35,414 nucleotides of DNA from Allosphingosinicella sp. GTDB lineage: Bacteria; Pseudomonadota; Alphaproteobacteria; Sphingomonadales; Sphingomonadaceae. The notes under the pieces are model-generated. The model did no database searches. It had not been told where the DNA came from and saw only the letters and a list, made by a program, of their open reading frames with translations. The number at the start of each line of letters is the position of its first letter. Position 1 is the stretch's first letter. This document shows positions 11,323 to 20,657 of this stretch, in pieces. The position numbers and the translations under genes are program-made. Where the stretch lies: NCBI GenBank assembly GCA_036399955.1, contig DASWMB010000065.1, forward strand, positions 1 through 35,414, read 5' to 3'.

Positions 11323-12987
11323 ATGAGCAGCAAGCGCACGGGCGGCCGCATCCTCGTCGATAATCTGGTGGCGCAGGGCTGCGACCGGATCTTCACCGTG
11401 CCGGGCGAAAGCTTCCTCGCCGTGCTCGACGCGCTTCACGACACGCCGGCGATCGACCTCGTCGTCTGCCGCCAGGAAGGCGGCGTCGCCTACATGGCCG
11501 AAGCGGACGGCAAGATGACCGGCCGCCCGGGCGTCGCCTTCGTGACGCGCGGCCCGGGGGCGACCAACGCTTCCGTCGGGGTCCATGTCGCGCACCAGGA
11601 TTCGACGCCGATGATCCTGTTCGTCGGCGACGTCGCCCGCAGCGATCGCGATCGCGAGGGCTTCCAGGAGGTCGATTTCCTAGCGATGTTCCGCCCGCTG
11701 ACGAAATGGGTTGCGAGGATCGAGGACGCGGGGCGTATCCCCGAATATGTCGCCCGGGCCTGGTCGACCGCACTGGCGGGTCGGCCGGGACCGGTCGTGC
11801 TGGTCCTGCCCGAGGACATGCTGCGCGACGAGGTCGAGGCGCTCGACCGTCCGAAGGTGGCGCGCTTCTGCCAGGCGGCGGATCCGATGGCGGTCGCGGC
11901 GCTGATGGAGATGCTGAAGGGGGCCTGCGCCCCGATCGCGATCGTCGGCGGTGCCGGCTGGTGCCCGGGCGCGACGCACTTCTTCGCCGGGTTCGCCGAG
12001 CGCATCGGCCTTCCCGTCGCCGCCGCCTTCCGCCGCCAGGACGCGTTCCCGAACTCGAGCCCGGTCTATGCCGGCAATCTCGGCTACGGCCCCAACCCGA
12101 AGCTCGTCCAGCGAGTGAAGGAGGCGGACCTGATCCTCGCCGTCGGCGCCCGGCTCGGCGAGGCGACGACCGACGGCTACACGCTGGTGACACCCGACCA
12201 TCCGAGCCAGCTCCTCGTCCACGTCCATCCCGATCCCGAGGAGCTCGGCCGCGTCTATCGCGCCGACCTTCCGATCTGCGCCGACATGCGCGAGCTCGCC
12301 GAGCTCGCCGCACAATGGGACACCGACGAGATCGTCCCCTTCTCGTCCGGCGCGCAGGCGCATCGCGAGTGGCTGGAGTGGGCGACGGCGCAGCCGACCG
12401 GCGCCGCGCTCGACGTCGGCCAGTGCGTCATGCGGATGCGCGAGGTTCTTCCGGCCGACACGATCGTCTGCAACGGCGCCGGCAATTTCTCCGGCTGGTG
12501 GCACCGCTACTGGCCTTACGGGCCGATGCCCTCGCAGCTCGCGCCGACCAACGGATCGATGGGCTACGGCCTTCCCGCCGGCGTCGCCGCGGCCCTGCGT
12601 TTCCGGGAGCGGCAGGTGCTGGTCGTCGCCGGCGACGGGGACTTCCTGATGAACGGGCAGGAGCTCGCCACCGCCGTCCAGCACCAAGCGGACCTGCTCG
12701 TCCTCGTTCTCGACAATGGCAGCTACGGCACGATCCGGATGCACCAGGAGCGGGACTATCCGGAGCGCGTCTCGGGCACGACACTGAGGAACCCGGACTT
12801 CGCGGCCCTGGCGCGCGCGTTCGGCGGCTGGGCCGAGACGGTGGAGCGCACCGACGAGTTCGCCCCCGCCCTCGCCCGTGCCCAGGCGCAGAGGGGCGTG
12901 CGGCTGCTCCACCTCAAGACCGACGTCGAGCAGATCACGTCGGCGACGACGATCGCCAGGATACGCGAGCGCGCGAAGAAAGGCTGA
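11323..12987 (+). CDS. thiamine pyrophosphate-dependent enzyme (acetolactate synthase-like)
   Basis: VPGES, RQEGG, TRGPGATN, GSMGYG, GDGDFLMNGQEL...DNG TPP motif. Confidence 0.92.
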   Translation: MSSKRTGGRILVDNLVAQGCDRIFTVPGESFLAVLDALHDTPAIDLVVCRQEGGVAYMAEADGKMTGRPGVAFVTRGPGATNASVGVHVAHQDSTPMILFVGDVARSDRDREGFQEVDFLAMFRPLTKWVARIEDAGRIPEYVARAWSTALAGRPGPVVLVLPEDMLRDEVEALDRPKVARFCQAADPMAVAALMEMLKGACAPIAIVGGAGWCPGATHFFAGFAERIGLPVAAAFRRQDAFPNSSPVYAGNLGYGPNPKLVQRVKEADLILAVGARLGEATTDGYTLVTPDHPSQLLVHVHPDPEELGRVYRADLPICADMRELAELAAQWDTDEIVPFSSGAQAHREWLEWATAQPTGAALDVGQCVMRMREVLPADTIVCNGAGNFSGWWHRYWPYGPMPSQLAPTNGSMGYGLPAGVAAALRFRERQVLVVAGDGDFLMNGQELATAVQHQADLLVLVLDNGSYGTIRMHQERDYPERVSGTTLRNPDFAALARAFGGWAETVERTDEFAPALARAQAQRGVRLLHLKTDVEQITSATTIARIRERAKKG

Positions 12988-12994
12988 GCGGCGC

Positions 12995-13162
12995 CTAGAG
13001 CTTGTTGATGACGCCCTTGACGGCGCCCTTGATCTCCTGGCCCTTGCCCCTGGACGCCTGGGCCTTGCCCTCTTCACGGACGGCGGGGTCGGCGCTGTTC
13101 TGCTTGAGGGTGCCTGCCGCCTTGTTGGCATTCCCTTTCAGCTTGTCGGTGAATTCGCCCAT
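12995..13162 (-). CDS. csbD: CsbD family general stress protein (55 aa, not in ORF track)
   Basis: Hand translation MGEFTDKLKGNANKAAGTLKQNSADPAVREEGKAQASRGKGQEIKGAVKGVINKL; AGAGGA SD; EcfG-like promoter upstream. Confidence 0.85.
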   Translation of the reverse strand: MGEFTDKLKGNANKAAGTLKQNSADPAVREEGKAQASRGKGQEIKGAVKGVINKL

Positions 13163-13222
13163 GTCGCGGTCCTCTTACACAGGTCCGGCGCGTCGGGGCG
13201 CGCGCCGCTAACCTGGATCAGT

Positions 13223-13247
13223 AACTACGCCGAGCCGGCGCAGTTCC
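13223..13247 (-). promoter_or_regulatory. EcfG/SigT-type promoter for csbD
   Basis: GGAAC-N16-AGTT on the minus strand. Confidence 0.65.
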
Positions 13248-13265
13248 GGCCCGCGCCGGAACGGC

Positions 13266-15227
13266 TCAGAGGCCGAACGGGTACATGTCGTCCTCGCCGG
13301 GCTGAGTCTCGCCCGGGAGTGGGGCCACCGCCTGCGTCTCGTCGAACCAGACCCAGGCGTCGAACTGGTTGGGGAGGACGGCCTGCGAATAGTGGCTCCA
13401 GCGCTCCGTCTCGGGGCGGTAGATGACGCCGATGAAGCGCTCGAGCCGCGGCTCCAGCAGAGCTTCGACGGCCGCCTCGTTCACGCCCTGCCGCATATCG
13501 AGCAGGAAGCGCGGCACGCCCGCATCGTGGCAGACGCGCTCGTAGCTTCCGGCGAGGGAGGGGCGGACGTCCTTCACTTCCATTTCGCCGTCCCAGTCGC
13601 TGGCGGCGGCGACGGTCCCCGTGTGCGTGCCGAAGCCGATCAGGCGGGAGGATTCGCCGAAACGCTCCTTGACCAGCTGGCCGATGTTGAGCTCGCCCCG
13701 GACCTGCCCCATCTCGGTGTGGGCGGCATTGCCGATGTGGCTGTTGTGCGCCCAGACCACGGCCTTCGAGTCCGCGCCCTTCGCTTCGAGGATCTGGAGG
13801 AGGGTCTCGAACATGTGCGTGTCGCGCAGGTTCCAGCTCTCGGCGGAGCCGTAATACATGACGCGGTAATATTGCTCGGCATTCTTCACGAGCCGCGCGT
13901 TGGCGGCGGCGTCGAGCCATTCGTCGCCGTCCTCGCCGACATAGTTCATCCGCTTCTGGAGCAGCTCGCGGAGCATCTGGATGACCTGCGCCTCGCAGCG
14001 GCCATAGCCTTCGCTGATCGCCATCCGGCCATAAGCCTGCGGATCGCGGCTCCACGGCATCAGGCAGCCGTAGCGCTCGCGCGCGACCGCCGCGGCTTCG
14101 GGGTCAACGTCGTCGAGATAGTCGATCACGGCGCGGATCGAGCCGCCCATGTTGTAGAGGTCGAGGCCGTAGAAACCCGCCATCGCCGCATTGTCGCGCG
14201 CGTGATTGTAGCGACGGAGCCAGCGGACGAAGGCGTCCACCTCCGCGTTGCGCCACATCCAGGTCGGGAAGCGGGAGAAGGGGCTCTCCTCCCCGTCCCT
14301 CTCCGGCCGGTGGCGGATGGAGCGGTCGATCGAGGCCGCGTCCGGCCAGTCGGCTTCGACGGCGACGATGTTGAAGCCGTGCCGCTCGATCAGGCGGCGC
14401 GTGATCGCGGCTCGAGCGCGGTAGAATTCGGACGTGCCGTGGCTCGCTTCGCCCAAGAGCACGACGCGGGCAGTGCCCAAGCGGTCGAAGAAATCGGCGA
14501 AGGTGGGATCGTCGATGTCCGGCAGCGGCTCGGCCGCCTCGCGCACGACCTCGGCGAGGGGGCGGGAGCGGCCGCCATTCGCGTTCCAGGCGTGGGCGCC
14601 GATCAAAGGCACGAAGCGAACCGCGCCCAATTCCTCCTGCTCGTAGTCGTCCTCGTCGACCCGCGTGACCTTGACCAGCTTCTGGACTTCTTCGGGCTCG
14701 CCGATCGGCATGACGAGCCGGCCCCCGATTTCGAGCTGCTGCAAGAGGACGTCCGGCACGTGGCTTCCGCTCGCCGAGCAGAGGATCGCGTCGAACGGCG
14801 CTTCGCTCGGGAGCCCACCGGTGCCGTCCCCCTCGTAGACCGAGACGTTCTCGGAGCCGAGCCGCTCGAGCCGCGCGCCGGCGAGCTTCGCCAGCTCGGC
14901 GTGGCGCTCGATCGCGAAGACCTGGTCGGCGAGCTGCGCGAGAACGGCGGCCGCATAGCCGGAGCCGGCGCCGACCTCGAGCACCCGGTCCTGCGGCCGG
15001 ATCTCGGCTGCCTCGATCATCAGGGCGACGATATAGGGCTGAGATATGGTCTGCTCCTCCTCGATCGGGAGCGGGCCGTCCTCATAGGCACGCTCGCGCG
15101 CCTTTTCGGGCACGAACTCCTCTCGCGGCACCGCGCGAAAGGCGGCGAGGATGCGCTCGTCTCGCACGCCGCGCGCTGCGATCTGGCGCTCAACCATGCG
15201 CTCCCGCAACTCGGAGAAGTCGGTCAT
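13266..15227 (-). CDS. pcm: protein-L-isoaspartate O-methyltransferase fused to erythromycin esterase-family domain
   Basis: N-terminal QTISQPYIVA, VLEVGAGSGY, APFDAI, VRFVPL; C-terminal LLGEASHGTSEFY, EADWPDA, WNLRD, WAHNSHIG. Confidence 0.92.
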   Translation of the reverse strand: MTDFSELRERMVERQIAARGVRDERILAAFRAVPREEFVPEKARERAYEDGPLPIEEEQTISQPYIVALMIEAAEIRPQDRVLEVGAGSGYAAAVLAQLADQVFAIERHAELAKLAGARLERLGSENVSVYEGDGTGGLPSEAPFDAILCSASGSHVPDVLLQQLEIGGRLVMPIGEPEEVQKLVKVTRVDEDDYEQEELGAVRFVPLIGAHAWNANGGRSRPLAEVVREAAEPLPDIDDPTFADFFDRLGTARVVLLGEASHGTSEFYRARAAITRRLIERHGFNIVAVEADWPDAASIDRSIRHRPERDGEESPFSRFPTWMWRNAEVDAFVRWLRRYNHARDNAAMAGFYGLDLYNMGGSIRAVIDYLDDVDPEAAAVARERYGCLMPWSRDPQAYGRMAISEGYGRCEAQVIQMLRELLQKRMNYVGEDGDEWLDAAANARLVKNAEQYYRVMYYGSAESWNLRDTHMFETLLQILEAKGADSKAVVWAHNSHIGNAAHTEMGQVRGELNIGQLVKERFGESSRLIGFGTHTGTVAAASDWDGEMEVKDVRPSLAGSYERVCHDAGVPRFLLDMRQGVNEAAVEALLEPRLERFIGVIYRPETERWSHYSQAVLPNQFDAWVWFDETQAVAPLPGETQPGEDDMYPFGL

Positions 15228-15253
15228 AGCCAAGGCTCCCGTCAGGTCGAGTA

Positions 15254-15278
15254 AACTTGGCGGAGCCGCCCGCGTTCC
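15254..15278 (-). promoter_or_regulatory. EcfG-type promoter for the pcm fusion
   Basis: GGAAC-N16-AGTT on the minus strand, about 27 nt upstream of ATG. Confidence 0.65.
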
Positions 15279-15321
15279 TGACCGGAGCGCTCATGCCCGC
15301 GGGGCTTTGCGCGGGCGCGCC

Positions 15322-15346
15322 GGAACCGCTCCCCTCTCCGACGATT
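15322..15346 (+). promoter_or_regulatory. EcfG-like promoter for ku-ligD
   Basis: GGAAC-N16-GATT (imperfect -10), about 32 nt upstream of ku. Confidence 0.5.
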
Positions 15347-15378
15347 GAACCGGAAACGAATCGATTGGAGCACATCGC

Positions 15379-16302
15379 ATGGCCGCGCGCGCGTACTGGA
15401 AGGGTCAGATCAGGCTGGCGCTCGTCTCGATCCCTGTCGAGATCTTCTCCGCCACCAAGAGCGGGGCCTCGATCGCCTTCAACCAGATCCACGAGCCGAC
15501 CGGCAAGCGGATCAAGTACGAGAAGGTCGTGCCCGGCGTCGGTCCGGTCGATCCCGAGGAGATCGTCAAGGGCTTCCAATATGAGAAGGGCAGCTACGTC
15601 CTCCTCAACGACGAGGAGCTCGAGGCAGTGAAGCTCGAATCGAAGAAGACGCTCGAGCTCACCCAGTTCGTCGACTATGACGACATCGACGTCCTCTATT
15701 ACGAAAAGCCCTATTTCGTGGTGCCGGCCGACGACCTCGCCGAGGAGGCGTTCATCGTCCTTCGCGAGGCGCTGAAGCGGACGCGCAAGGTGGGGATCGG
15801 CCAGCTGGCGCTCAGGGGCCGCGAATATCTGGTGAGTGTGAAACCGTGCGGCCGCGGCCTCGTGCTCGAGACGCTGCGCTATGCCGACGAGGTCAACAAG
15901 GCGCGAGACTATTTCCGCGACATCGCCGAGCACAAGCCCGACGAGGACCTTCTCGACCTCGCCGAGACGCTGATCGAGCGCAAGACGGCGGAGTTCGACC
16001 CGTCCAAGTTCCACGACCGCTATATCGAGGCGATGCACGACCTCATCGAGCGCAAGCGCAAGGGCAAGACGCTCCATACGGAGGATGACGAGACGCCGGC
16101 GCGCGGCACCAACGTCATCGACCTGATGGCGGCGCTGAAGCGCTCGATCGACACAGGAAGCGGGAGCAAAGGCTCGGCCGGGGATGGTGCGAAGAAGGGC
16201 GCGGCCGCGAAGCCTGCCGCTGCAGCGAAGAAGGCGGCCGCGAAGAAAGCGCCGGCGAAGAGCGCGCCCGCCAAGGCGGCGCCGGCGCGGAAGCGGGCCT
16301 AG
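15379..16302 (+). CDS. ku: NHEJ Ku protein
   Basis: RAYWKGQIRLALVSIPV, IVKGFQYEKG, NVIDLMAALKRS, Ala/Lys-rich tail. Confidence 0.96.
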   Translation: MAARAYWKGQIRLALVSIPVEIFSATKSGASIAFNQIHEPTGKRIKYEKVVPGVGPVDPEEIVKGFQYEKGSYVLLNDEELEAVKLESKKTLELTQFVDYDDIDVLYYEKPYFVVPADDLAEEAFIVLREALKRTRKVGIGQLALRGREYLVSVKPCGRGLVLETLRYADEVNKARDYFRDIAEHKPDEDLLDLAETLIERKTAEFDPSKFHDRYIEAMHDLIERKRKGKTLHTEDDETPARGTNVIDLMAALKRSIDTGSGSKGSAGDGAKKGAAAKPAAAAKKAAAKKAPAKSAPAKAAPARKRA

Positions 16303-16325
16303 ATCCGACTGTGGCGCATGAAATA

Positions 16326-16414
16326 CCGCTCGGGCTGAGCGTGTCGAAGCCCTGCCCTTTCCTCTGCTTCAGCGAAGGTGAAGGGCAGCCCTTCGACAAG
16401 CTCAGGGCGAACGG
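16326..16414. repeat. REP-like palindromic element (family A), intergenic
   Basis: Imperfect 34-bp inverted arms CCGCTCGGGCTGAGCGTGTCGAAGCCCTGCCCTT / AAGGGCAGCCCTTCGACAAGCTCAGGGCGAACGG. Confidence 0.8.
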
Positions 16415-16425
16415 AGTTTGTCTCC

Positions 16426-19035
16426 ATGGCTGAGCGTTCCGATCCGCTCGCCCGGTACAACGAAAAGCGCGACTTCACGAAGACCGCCGAGCCGCGGGGC
16501 ACCTACGACACGCTGTCGTGGGGACATGGCAACGGCTTCATGGTTCAGAAGCACGATGCCACACGGCTGCACTGGGACCTGAGGCTGGAGCTCGACGGGA
16601 CGCTGAAGAGCTGGGCGGTGCCGAACGGGCCGAGCCTCAACCCGGACGACAAGCGCCTCGCCGTCCGGACGGAGGACCATCCGCTCTCCTACGCGACCTT
16701 CGAGGGGACGATCCCGAAGGGCGAATATGGCGGCGGGACGGTGATGATGTGGGACCGGGGCACCTGGACGCCGGCTCCGGGCAAAGATCCGCGCAAGACG
16801 CTTGAGGAAGGGCATCTCCACTTCACCCTCGACGGCGAGCGGATGCAGGGCGAATGGGTGATGTTCCGCCTCAAGCCCAAGCCCGGTGAACGGCGCGGCG
16901 TCGAGAACTGGATGCTGAAGAAGGTCCGCGACGAGCATGTCGGCGGATCGATGGGGCTGACCGAGACGTACCTCACGAGCATCAAGACCGGGCGGACGAT
17001 GCAGGAGATCGCCAGCGGCAAAAAGGCCAAGGAGCTGGCGAGCTGGAAGAAGGGATTAGCTCCTCCCCGGCACGGGGACGGGGACCGGCTGAAGGCTGGT
17101 GGAGGGGATCGAGCGAAGCGAGCTTTGGAGACGCGGGCCCCCTCCACCACCGCCGCTTCGCGTCGGCGGTCCCCCTCCCCGTCCCGGGGAGGAGCTAAGA
17201 AGCGCTCATCCACGCCGCCCCCCTTCCGAGAGCCGCAGAAGGCGACGCTGGTCGATCACGTGCCGGAAGGGGCCGGCTGGATCCACGAGATGAAATATGA
17301 CGGCTATCGCTGCCTGCTCGCGGTCGGCGGCGGCCAGGCGAAGGTCTATACGCGCTCCGGCCTCGACTGGTCGGACAAGTTCCCCGAGATCGTCGAGGCG
17401 GCGCGCGCGATCGAATGCGACACGGCGCTGATCGACGGCGAGATCGTGAAGCTCGACGAGAAGGGGAATACCGGATTCTCGGCGCTCCAGCAGGCAATCT
17501 CCGAAGGCGGGCGCGGCCTCACCCTGTTCGCCTTCGACGCCCTCGAGATCGACGGGGAGGACCTGGCGCCGCTCGCCAACATCGAGCGCAAGGGGCGGCT
17601 GGCGACCCTGCTCGGGCCGGGCCGGCCGCCGCATATCCTCTATGCCGACCATATCGTCGGCCATGGCGAGAAGCTGTTCGATGCGATGTGCGAGGCGGGC
17701 CAGGAAGGGATCATCTCGAAGCGCGCCGATGCCCCCTATCGGGGCCGGCGGACCAAATGCTGGCTGAAGGTCAAGTGCACGCTGCGCCAGGAGTTCGTCA
17801 TCGTCGGCTGGTCCGAAAGCGACAAGAAGGGCCGCGGCTTTCGCGCGCTGCTGCTCGCGACCCGGGACGGCGGCGAGCTGCGTTATGCGGGCAAGGTCGG
17901 AACCGGTTTTTCGAACCAGATGCAGCACGACCTGCGCGCACGCTTCGAACGGCTCGCGGCGGACAAAGCCGCCGTCGCCGTCCCCCGCGCCGATGCGCGC
18001 GGCGCGCATTGGGTGAAGCCCGAGCTCGTCGCCGAAGTCGCTTTCGCCGAGTTCACGGCGGACGGCGTCGTCCGGCATGGAAGCTTCCTCGGGCTGAGGA
18101 CGGACAAGAAGGCGAGGGACGTGGTCCGCGAGCTGCCGCAGAAGGCACCGGCCGCCGCCCGCCCCTCCGCGGGAGACGGGATCAAGATCAGCAATCCCGA
18201 GCGGGTGCTCTGGCCCGAGGCCGGGGTGACCAAGCAGGAGCTGGTCGACTATTATCGCGCCGTGGGTCCGATGATGGCGGCGTGGGCGGCGAACCGGCCG
18301 CTCTCGCTCGTACGCTGTCCGCAGGGGCGATCGAAGAAATGCTTCTTCCAGAAGCACAATACGGCGACCTTCGGACCGCAGGTCCGGCAGATCGAGATCG
18401 AGGAGAAGAAGGGCGAGCGCGTCGACTATGTCTATGTCGAGGATGTCGCCGGCCTCGTCGCCTGCGTCCAGATGGGGACGATCGAGTTCCACGGCTGGGG
18501 CTCGTCCGTCGCCGATATCGAGAAGCCCGACCGGCTGGTCTTCGACATCGATCCGGATGAGGGCCTCGGCTTTTCCGAGGTGAAGCGAACCGCGCGCGAC
18601 CTTCACCGCTATCTCGCCGACATGGGGCTGCAGAGCTTCCCGCTGACCACCGGCGGCAAGGGGCTCCACGTCGTCGTCCCGCTGACGCCCGAGGCGGAGT
18701 GGCCGCAGGTCAAGGATTTCGCCCAGCGCTTCTGCGTCGCGCTGGCGACGGCGGAGCCGGAGCGGTTCACCGCCAACCTCGCCAAGGTGAAGCGCAAGGG
18801 CCGGATCTTTCTCGATTACCTCAGGAACCAGCGCGGCGCGACGGCGATCCTCCCCTACAGCGCGAGGGCCCGCGACAACGCCACCGTCTCGGCACCGATC
18901 AGCTGGGACGAGCTCGACGATCTCCAGGGTGGCAACATCTACACCGTCCGCGACGCCGAGCTGCTGGTCGAGCGCGCGTCCGGACGTGCGCTCCAGGGCT
19001 GGGGCGAAGCGAGTCAGGCCCTGCCGAATTTTTAA
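16426..19035 (+). CDS. ligD: DNA ligase D (phosphoesterase-ligase-polymerase)
   Basis: QKHDATRLHWDLRLE phosphoesterase; EMKYDGYR ligase; RCPQG, PDRLVFDIDP and TTGGKGLH polymerase. Confidence 0.97.
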   Translation: MAERSDPLARYNEKRDFTKTAEPRGTYDTLSWGHGNGFMVQKHDATRLHWDLRLELDGTLKSWAVPNGPSLNPDDKRLAVRTEDHPLSYATFEGTIPKGEYGGGTVMMWDRGTWTPAPGKDPRKTLEEGHLHFTLDGERMQGEWVMFRLKPKPGERRGVENWMLKKVRDEHVGGSMGLTETYLTSIKTGRTMQEIASGKKAKELASWKKGLAPPRHGDGDRLKAGGGDRAKRALETRAPSTTAASRRRSPSPSRGGAKKRSSTPPPFREPQKATLVDHVPEGAGWIHEMKYDGYRCLLAVGGGQAKVYTRSGLDWSDKFPEIVEAARAIECDTALIDGEIVKLDEKGNTGFSALQQAISEGGRGLTLFAFDALEIDGEDLAPLANIERKGRLATLLGPGRPPHILYADHIVGHGEKLFDAMCEAGQEGIISKRADAPYRGRRTKCWLKVKCTLRQEFVIVGWSESDKKGRGFRALLLATRDGGELRYAGKVGTGFSNQMQHDLRARFERLAADKAAVAVPRADARGAHWVKPELVAEVAFAEFTADGVVRHGSFLGLRTDKKARDVVRELPQKAPAAARPSAGDGIKISNPERVLWPEAGVTKQELVDYYRAVGPMMAAWAANRPLSLVRCPQGRSKKCFFQKHNTATFGPQVRQIEIEEKKGERVDYVYVEDVAGLVACVQMGTIEFHGWGSSVADIEKPDRLVFDIDPDEGLGFSEVKRTARDLHRYLADMGLQSFPLTTGGKGLHVVVPLTPEAEWPQVKDFAQRFCVALATAEPERFTANLAKVKRKGRIFLDYLRNQRGATAILPYSARARDNATVSAPISWDELDDLQGGNIYTVRDAELLVERASGRALQGWGEASQALPNF
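17056..17198. repeat. palindromic element (family B) in frame inside ligD
   Basis: 32-bp arms TTAGCTCCTCCCCGGCACGGGGACGGGGACCG / CGGTCCCCCTCCCCGTCCCGGGGAGGAGCTAA (2 mismatches) plus inner TGGTGGAGGGG / CCCCTCCACCA. Confidence 0.8.
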
Positions 19036-19045
19036 CCATCAGGGA

Positions 19046-19102
19046 TTGACATCCTACGCAGGATGCGCTATGTAGGATCAACCGGAACCGGCTCTTTGAC
19101 AA
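19046..19102 (+). promoter_or_regulatory. sigma70-like promoter followed by boxA-like motif, with no obvious downstream gene
   Basis: TTGACA-N17-TATGTA, ATCCTAC/GTAGGAT inverted repeat, GCTCTTTGACAA at 19091-19102. Confidence 0.4.
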
Positions 19103-19176
19103 TTGTGAGACTGACGATTCGCGCCCGCGCCTCGACGGCAGCCGGGGCGGGGACGGCTGCCAGAACCGTCCTCGTC

Positions 19177-19854
19177 TCAGTTGCCCGCCGACCAGAGCGC
19201 CGCGACGGAGGCGAAGGCGGCGAGTGCGGCGACGGCCGCGCGCCAAGCGGGGGCTGGCGTCATCGGCGGCGTGCCGCGCGGACCGATGGTGCGGCCGGTC
19301 ACCATTGGGCCGACGAGGTTCTTTCGCCTGACGAGGAGGTAGAAGAGGATCGCGGCGACATGGAGCAGGATCAGCCACTTCAGGACCTCGAAGGAGGTCT
19401 CGTGGAGCTCGGTCACCGCCTCGACCGCTTCCTCGTTGAGGAGGTGCGAGAGCGGCCCGGAGAGGAAGCCGTCCTCGTCCGCTGCGAACAGGCCGAGCCC
19501 GACCTGTAGCGACAGCATGAAAAGGAGGGCGAGCACGCTGAGCGCGCCGAGCGGGTTGTGGCCGAGGACGAACTCGCGCCGGCCGCGCAGATGATCGAGG
19601 ATGTGACGCGGGCCGCGGACGAAGCTCGCGAACCGCGCGGTCGAGCTGCCGATCAGGCCCCAGACGATCCGGAAGACGAGCAGGAAGAGGATCGCGAAGC
19701 CGGAGCGCGCGTGCCAGTCGAGCATCTCCTCCTCGGCCGTCCACCAGGAGAAGCCGACGAGGAGGACGATGAGCCAGTGGATCAGGCGGACCGGGAGGTC
19801 CCAGACGGCGATGCGGGGCGCCGCCCCTTCCGGCTCAGTGGTCGTCGGGTCCAC
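19177..19854 (-). CDS. cytochrome b/b6 domain protein (Ni/Fe-hydrogenase cyt b-like)
   Basis: VWDLPVRLIHW, WH..SG, GHNPLGAL, LHE and LHV His ligands, NLVGPMVTG; GTG start estimated. Confidence 0.88.
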   Translation of the reverse strand: MDPTTTEPEGAAPRIAVWDLPVRLIHWLIVLLVGFSWWTAEEEMLDWHARSGFAILFLLVFRIVWGLIGSSTARFASFVRGPRHILDHLRGRREFVLGHNPLGALSVLALLFMLSLQVGLGLFAADEDGFLSGPLSHLLNEEAVEAVTELHETSFEVLKWLILLHVAAILFYLLVRRKNLVGPMVTGRTIGPRGTPPMTPAPAWRAAVAALAAFASVAALWSAGN

Positions 19855-20380
19855 GGAACTTGTCGTGGCAGTTCGAGCAGGACTGCCGCAGCGCCGGAAG
19901 CTGCGCCCGCACCGCCTCGAGATTGCCGCTCTGCGCCGCCCGGTTGAACTCGCCCGAGACCTGCTCGAAGCGCTGGGCGGCGGCGCGGAAGGTCGCCGCA
20001 TCGGACCAGATCTCGGCCTTGGCGCGGGTCTTGCCGGCCTCGGGACCGCTGCCTTCGGGGAACCAGGTGAGGATCTGCGGGCCGAAGCCTGCGACGACGC
20101 CTGCGTGGCGCTGAATGGCGGCGATGTCGGGGCTGCTTCCCTTCAGCTGGTCGCCGATCCCCTTCATCGCCCGGCCCATTTCCTCATAATGCTCGTGGCG
20201 GGCATGCATGATCGCCTTGTGGTCCTGCGGCGTCCCCTGCCCCGAGGCCACGTTCGTGACGGCTTCGTTCTGCTGGCCGTTCGTCTCCGACGAGGCGTTG
20301 TTGCCGTCGCCGCCGCTATTGCACGCCGCGGTGACGATCACCGCCGCGACCGAAACGATCGTGAAAAACCTGTTCCTCAT
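19835..20380 (-). CDS. class II cytochrome c (c'/c556), predicted lipoprotein
   Basis: C-terminal CSNCHDKFR, FPEGS, AKAEIW; lipobox-like VTAAC; GGAGG SD. Confidence 0.9.
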   Translation of the reverse strand: MRNRFFTIVSVAAVIVTAACNSGGDGNNASSETNGQQNEAVTNVASGQGTPQDHKAIMHARHEHYEEMGRAMKGIGDQLKGSSPDIAAIQRHAGVVAGFGPQILTWFPEGSGPEAGKTRAKAEIWSDAATFRAAAQRFEQVSGEFNRAAQSGNLEAVRAQLPALRQSCSNCHDKFRGPDDH

Positions 20381-20412
20381 GCGCTCACCTCCGCTTGCCG
20401 CGCCGATGAAGG

Positions 20413-20438
20413 AATGCGTGCGGGGGCGCAAGCGTTCC
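20413..20438 (-). promoter_or_regulatory. possible EcfG-type promoter for cytochrome c'
   Basis: GGAAC-N17-CATT on the minus strand. Confidence 0.4.
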
Positions 20439-20485
20439 GGGACGAACAGGCGGGACCGTGTGACGAGGCGGCCGCGTGATGTGAA

Positions 20486-20651
20486 AGCCCCTCTCCCATT
20501 TCGGGAGAGGGAGGGGCCCGCCGCCGCAGGCGGTGGGAGGGTGAGGGCACGGCGGGTCGGGACCGCGGCGCCACCTGGTTGCACCGTCGTGCCCTCACCC
20601 TCCCATTGCTGCGCAATGGGCCCCTCCCTCTCCCCTGCAGGGAGAGGGACT
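20486..20651. repeat. palindromic element (family B), intergenic
   Basis: CCCTCTCCC..GGGAGAGGG hairpins at both ends; GGGAGGGTGAGGGCACG / CGTGCCCTCACCCTCCC central inverted repeat. Confidence 0.8.
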
Positions 20652-20657
20652 CGGGGT

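Noticed and set aside
13266-14560. Erythromycin esterase domain as a resistance gene
   Set aside because: Chromosomal fusion to PIMT in a stress context with no mobile features; family membership does not imply macrolide resistance
14560-15227. PIMT as a RiPP aspartimide-forming enzyme for the ATP-grasp cluster
   Set aside because: Looks like a canonical repair PIMT, is fused to an esterase, and is separated from the cluster by ku-ligD and the cytochrome genes
16190-16300. AAKK/APAK repeats at the Ku C-terminus
   Set aside because: Well-known basic DNA-binding tail of bacterial Ku
19063-19509. 148-aa plus-strand ORF after ligD
   Set aside because: Mostly antisense to the cytochrome b gene, starts within the putative promoter, no motifs
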